In this document: positions 61,239 through 64,000 of the stretch, piece by piece
Numbering within the stretch: position 1 is the stretch's first letter
Layout of the letters: the number at the start of each line of letters is the position of its first letter
Origin: a bacterium
GTDB lineage: Bacteria; RBG-13-61-14; DATKZS01
Length of the DNA stretch: 64,000 nucleotides
Reading direction: 5' to 3'
Assembly: GCA_963674965.2 (NCBI GenBank)
Contig: CAXXFL010000002.1
Coordinates: 96,001-160,000 of the forward strand
Made by a program: the position numbers and the translations under genes
The notes under the pieces: generated by a model
What the model saw: only the letters and a program-made list of their open reading frames with translations
What the model was told of the DNA's origin: nothing
Databases searched by the model: none

Positions 61239-62011
61239 TCCTCTCTCATGAGCTGCTTTATGACCTTGCCGATCCTCTCCTCGAGGTGGGACGGAGAGGT
61301 GGAGGCCCCCTTGTTGATGTACATGGCGGGGGCGCAGTGAATCAGGACCTTGCGGAAGGTGTCGTCACAGCGCTTCGAGGTAAAGAACAAGATGGGGATG
61401 GGATCGACCTCGATGGCGCTCTCGTGGGCCCGCATGGCCACGGCCGAGCTGATCCCGTTAAGCACGGGCATCTTCACGTCCATCACCACTAGTCCCACCC
61501 TGGACTTACCGCCGATGGTCTCCCGCACGAAGCGGCCCAGGAACTCGTAGCCGTTCTTGCAGGAGATGACCCTTCTCGTCAGGCCCTGGGCCACGAGCAT
61601 GTCGTTCAAGATGGCGGAGATGAGGTTCGAGTCCTCGACGGTGATGACCGTCTCGATGGGCGGCCCTTCCTCGGAGTCCGCTCCCAGGAAGAGGTCTTGG
61701 TCCGAGGCCAGGTCCCCGCCGGCTTCCCCCGGGGTTTCCATGGCCTTGGGCAACTCGGGCAGGATGGCCTTTCCGGCCCGGGTCTCGTCCGGATGGAACT
61801 CGATGGGCGCGTCCTCCACCGAGGCCGCGACGCTGGGAGGCCTGGCCGGGGCCGAAAGCGTCTGAGGACTGTTGGCCGTGCCCAGAAAGCTGCCGCAATG
61901 GGGGCATTGGAGAAGTTCCTCCCCCTCGATGCCGATGCTGACGGCCTTGCAGGGGACGTCCTCACCGCAACTTATGCAATATACTTTTTGAGGCTTGGCC
62001 GACATAATCAA
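61232..62011 (-). CDS. Zinc-ribbon + receiver-domain response regulator
   Basis: CISC..CPHC; VEDS..MDVKMP..FFTS..INK. Confidence 0.8.
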   Translation of the reverse strand: MIMSAKPQKVYCISCGEDVPCKAVSIGIEGEELLQCPHCGSFLGTANSPQTLSAPARPPSVAASVEDAPIEFHPDETRAGKAILPELPKAMETPGEAGGDLASDQDLFLGADSEEGPPIETVITVEDSNLISAILNDMLVAQGLTRRVISCKNGYEFLGRFVRETIGGKSRVGLVVMDVKMPVLNGISSAVAMRAHESAIEVDPIPILFFTSKRCDDTFRKVLIHCAPAMYINKGASTSPSHLEERIGKVIKQLMREEW

Positions 62012-62109
62012 ATTATTATAGCAGGACGCGGATTTTCTACAAATTTTTCATTCGCGTCCGGACCCTCAGGCTCGTGACTTTCCGGACGAAATACCGGTCC
62101 TTGGGTCCG

Positions 62110-63999
62110 TCATTCCCCTTGCTCGCCGTCCATCCATTTGAAGAACACCGCCCCCAGCGGTGGCAGGGCCGCGTTGAGCGAATAGGGACGGCCGTGATAG
62201 GGAAAGAGCTCGGCCTCGAGACCGCCCAGGTTGCCCTGTCCGCTTCCGTCGTAATCGTGAGCGTCGGAGTTGAGGATTTCCTTCCAAAAGCCCTTCTTGG
62301 GTACGCCCATCCGGTAGCTTTGCCTGTAAACGGGGGTCATGTTAAAGGCCGCCGCCACCAGGTCCTCGCTTTTCCTCGCCTTCCGGATGAGGGTCAGAAC
62401 GCTGTTGCCCGAGTCGTTGGCGTCTATCCACTCGAACCCCTCGTGCTCGCAGTCCATCTCGTGCAGGGCCGGCTCGTCCCGGTAAATCCGGTTGAGGTCG
62501 GTCACCAGTTTCTTGATCCCCTGGTGGGAATGGTACTGGAGCAGGTCCCACTGGAGGCTTTCCTCGTGGGACCACTCGTTCCATTGTCCTATTTCGCCGC
62601 CCATGAAAAGGAGCTTCTTGCCCGGCTGGGCGTACATGTAACAAAGAAGCAGCCTCAAGTTGGCGAACTTCTGCCACAGGTCTCCCGGCATCTTCGACAG
62701 GAGCGACCCCTTCATGTGCACGACCTCGTCGTGGGAAAGGGGAAGCATGAAGTTCTCGTTAAAGGCGTAGAGCATGCGGAAGGTGGTCTCGTTATGATGG
62801 AACTTCCGATGCACCGGGTCGCGAGTGACGTACTTGAGGGTGTCGTGCATCCATCCCATGTCCCATTTAAGTCCGAACCCCAGGCCGCCCACGTAGGTGG
62901 GCCTGCTCACCATGGGCCAGTCGGTGGACTCCTCGGCTATGGTCTGCACGTCGGGATGGACCGCGTAAATTTCCTCGTTCAGGCGGCGAATGAAGGATAT
63001 GGCCGCCAGGTTCTCCCTGCCCCCGTACTCGTTGGGCACCCACTCGCCGTGCTTTCTCGAATAATCGAGATACAGCATCGAGGCCACCGCGTCCATCCGA
63101 AGGCCGTCGGCGTGGTACGCGTCGAGCCAGAAAAGGGCCGAGCTCATAAGGAAACTCCGCACCTCGTTCCTGCCATAGTTGAAGATGAAGCTGGCCCAGT
63201 CCGGATGGAAGCCCTGTCTCGGGTCGGCGTGCTCGAATAGATGGGTACCGTCGAAGTATCCGAGCCCGTGCTCGTCGGTGGGAAAGTGGCTGGGCACCCA
63301 ATCGAGAATGACCCCGATCCCGTTTTGGTGCAGGGAGTCCACCAGGTACATGAAGTCCTGGGGGTCCCCGAACCTGCTGGTGGGCGCGAAGAACCCCGTC
63401 ACCTGGTAACCCCAGGAACCGTAAAAAGGGTGCTCCATTACGGGCATGAACTCGACGTGGGTGAAGCCCGTTTCCTTAACGTAGGCCGGCAGCTTTTCCG
63501 CCAGTTCGCGGTAGGTGAGGGAGCGTCCGCCCTCCTCGGGTACCCGCGTCCACGAGCCAAGGTGGACCTCGTAGACCGACATGGGCGCCGAGAGCTTGCT
63601 CAGTTCCTTGCGCCGGTCCATCCACTCGGCGTCTTGCCAGGCGTACTCCAGGTCCCACACGATCGAGGCCGTGCGGGGGGAGGTCTCGCTGTGGAAGGCG
63701 AAGGGGTCGTGCTTGTCCACCCGGTAGTCGGCCTGGTGGGAGACTATATGGAACTTGTAAAGGTCTCCCTTTTTCGCGTCCGGCACAAAGCCTTCCCAGA
63801 TGCCGGAGCTTCCGCGAGGCTCGAGGTAAAAGCCGGAATTTTGCCAGCCGTTGAAGTCTCCTATTACCGAGACCGACTTTGCGTTCGGGGCCCAGACCGC
63901 GAAATACACGCCGCTCTTGCCCCCCCATTCCAGGGGATGGGCGCCAAGCTTCTTGTACAAGGCGCCATGGCTTCCCTCGTTGAAAAGGTGGAGGTCGTA
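62110..63999 (-). CDS. glgB: 1,4-alpha-glucan branching enzyme (start lies beyond the window)
   Basis: [54 protein letters not shown]. Confidence 0.97.
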   Translation of the reverse strand, partial: YDLHLFNEGSHGALYKKLGAHPLEWGGKSGVYFAVWAPNAKSVSVIGDFNGWQNSGFYLEPRGSSGIWEGFVPDAKKGDLYKFHIVSHQADYRVDKHDPFAFHSETSPRTASIVWDLEYAWQDAEWMDRRKELSKLSAPMSVYEVHLGSWTRVPEEGGRSLTYRELAEKLPAYVKETGFTHVEFMPVMEHPFYGSWGYQVTGFFAPTSRFGDPQDFMYLVDSLHQNGIGVILDWVPSHFPTDEHGLGYFDGTHLFEHADPRQGFHPDWASFIFNYGRNEVRSFLMSSALFWLDAYHADGLRMDAVASMLYLDYSRKHGEWVPNEYGGRENLAAISFIRRLNEEIYAVHPDVQTIAEESTDWPMVSRPTYVGGLGFGLKWDMGWMHDTLKYVTRDPVHRKFHHNETTFRMLYAFNENFMLPLSHDEVVHMKGSLLSKMPGDLWQKFANLRLLLCYMYAQPGKKLLFMGGEIGQWNEWSHEESLQWDLLQYHSHQGIKKLVTDLNRIYRDEPALHEMDCEHEGFEWIDANDSGNSVLTLIRKARKSEDLVAAAFNMTPVYRQSYRMGVPKKGFWKEILNSDAHDYDGSGQGNLGGLEAELFPYHGRPYSLNAALPPLGAVFFKWMDGEQGE

Positions 64000-64000
64000 G

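Noticed and set aside
62074-63240. 388-aa plus-strand ORF
   Set aside because: Antisense shadow of glgB

Overview
Bacterial window from a GC-rich Gram-negative organism (LPS GT9 enzymes, Tat, PilZ; deltaproteobacterial-like gene style, which is an inference). It has three zones. (1) 1-5882: an array of orphan Rhs-core polymorphic toxin/immunity cassettes. There are three different toxin tips (REase-fold, His-rich unknown, HxxD Tde-like) plus a fourth truncated core. The cores sit behind an atypical DxDxDG/Ig-like scaffold, and conserved non-coding motifs recur at the cassette junctions. (2) ~5883-31925: a heavily decayed composite integrative island. It holds two large-serine-recombinase modules, a type I RM operon carrying RhuM, DUF4145 and DarTG (hsdM internally deleted, hsdR clipped by an inversion), a CheB-CheR/hybrid kinase cargo, a frameshifted lexA-like repressor operon and a mini-ISL3. 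Most recognisable deletions in the island preserve reading frame. (3) 32144-64000: an ISNCY-type IS followed by core genome (ROK kinase, GH92, Kelch-repeat secreted protein, MFS, fabH, tatBC, plsY, two GT9, yraN, PilZ, SDR, MBL hydrolase, HAD, glgB) with a REP-bearing MITE. No rRNA, tRNA, CRISPR array or reverse transcriptase was recognised. All family assignments come from motifs read by eye; no database searches were run.
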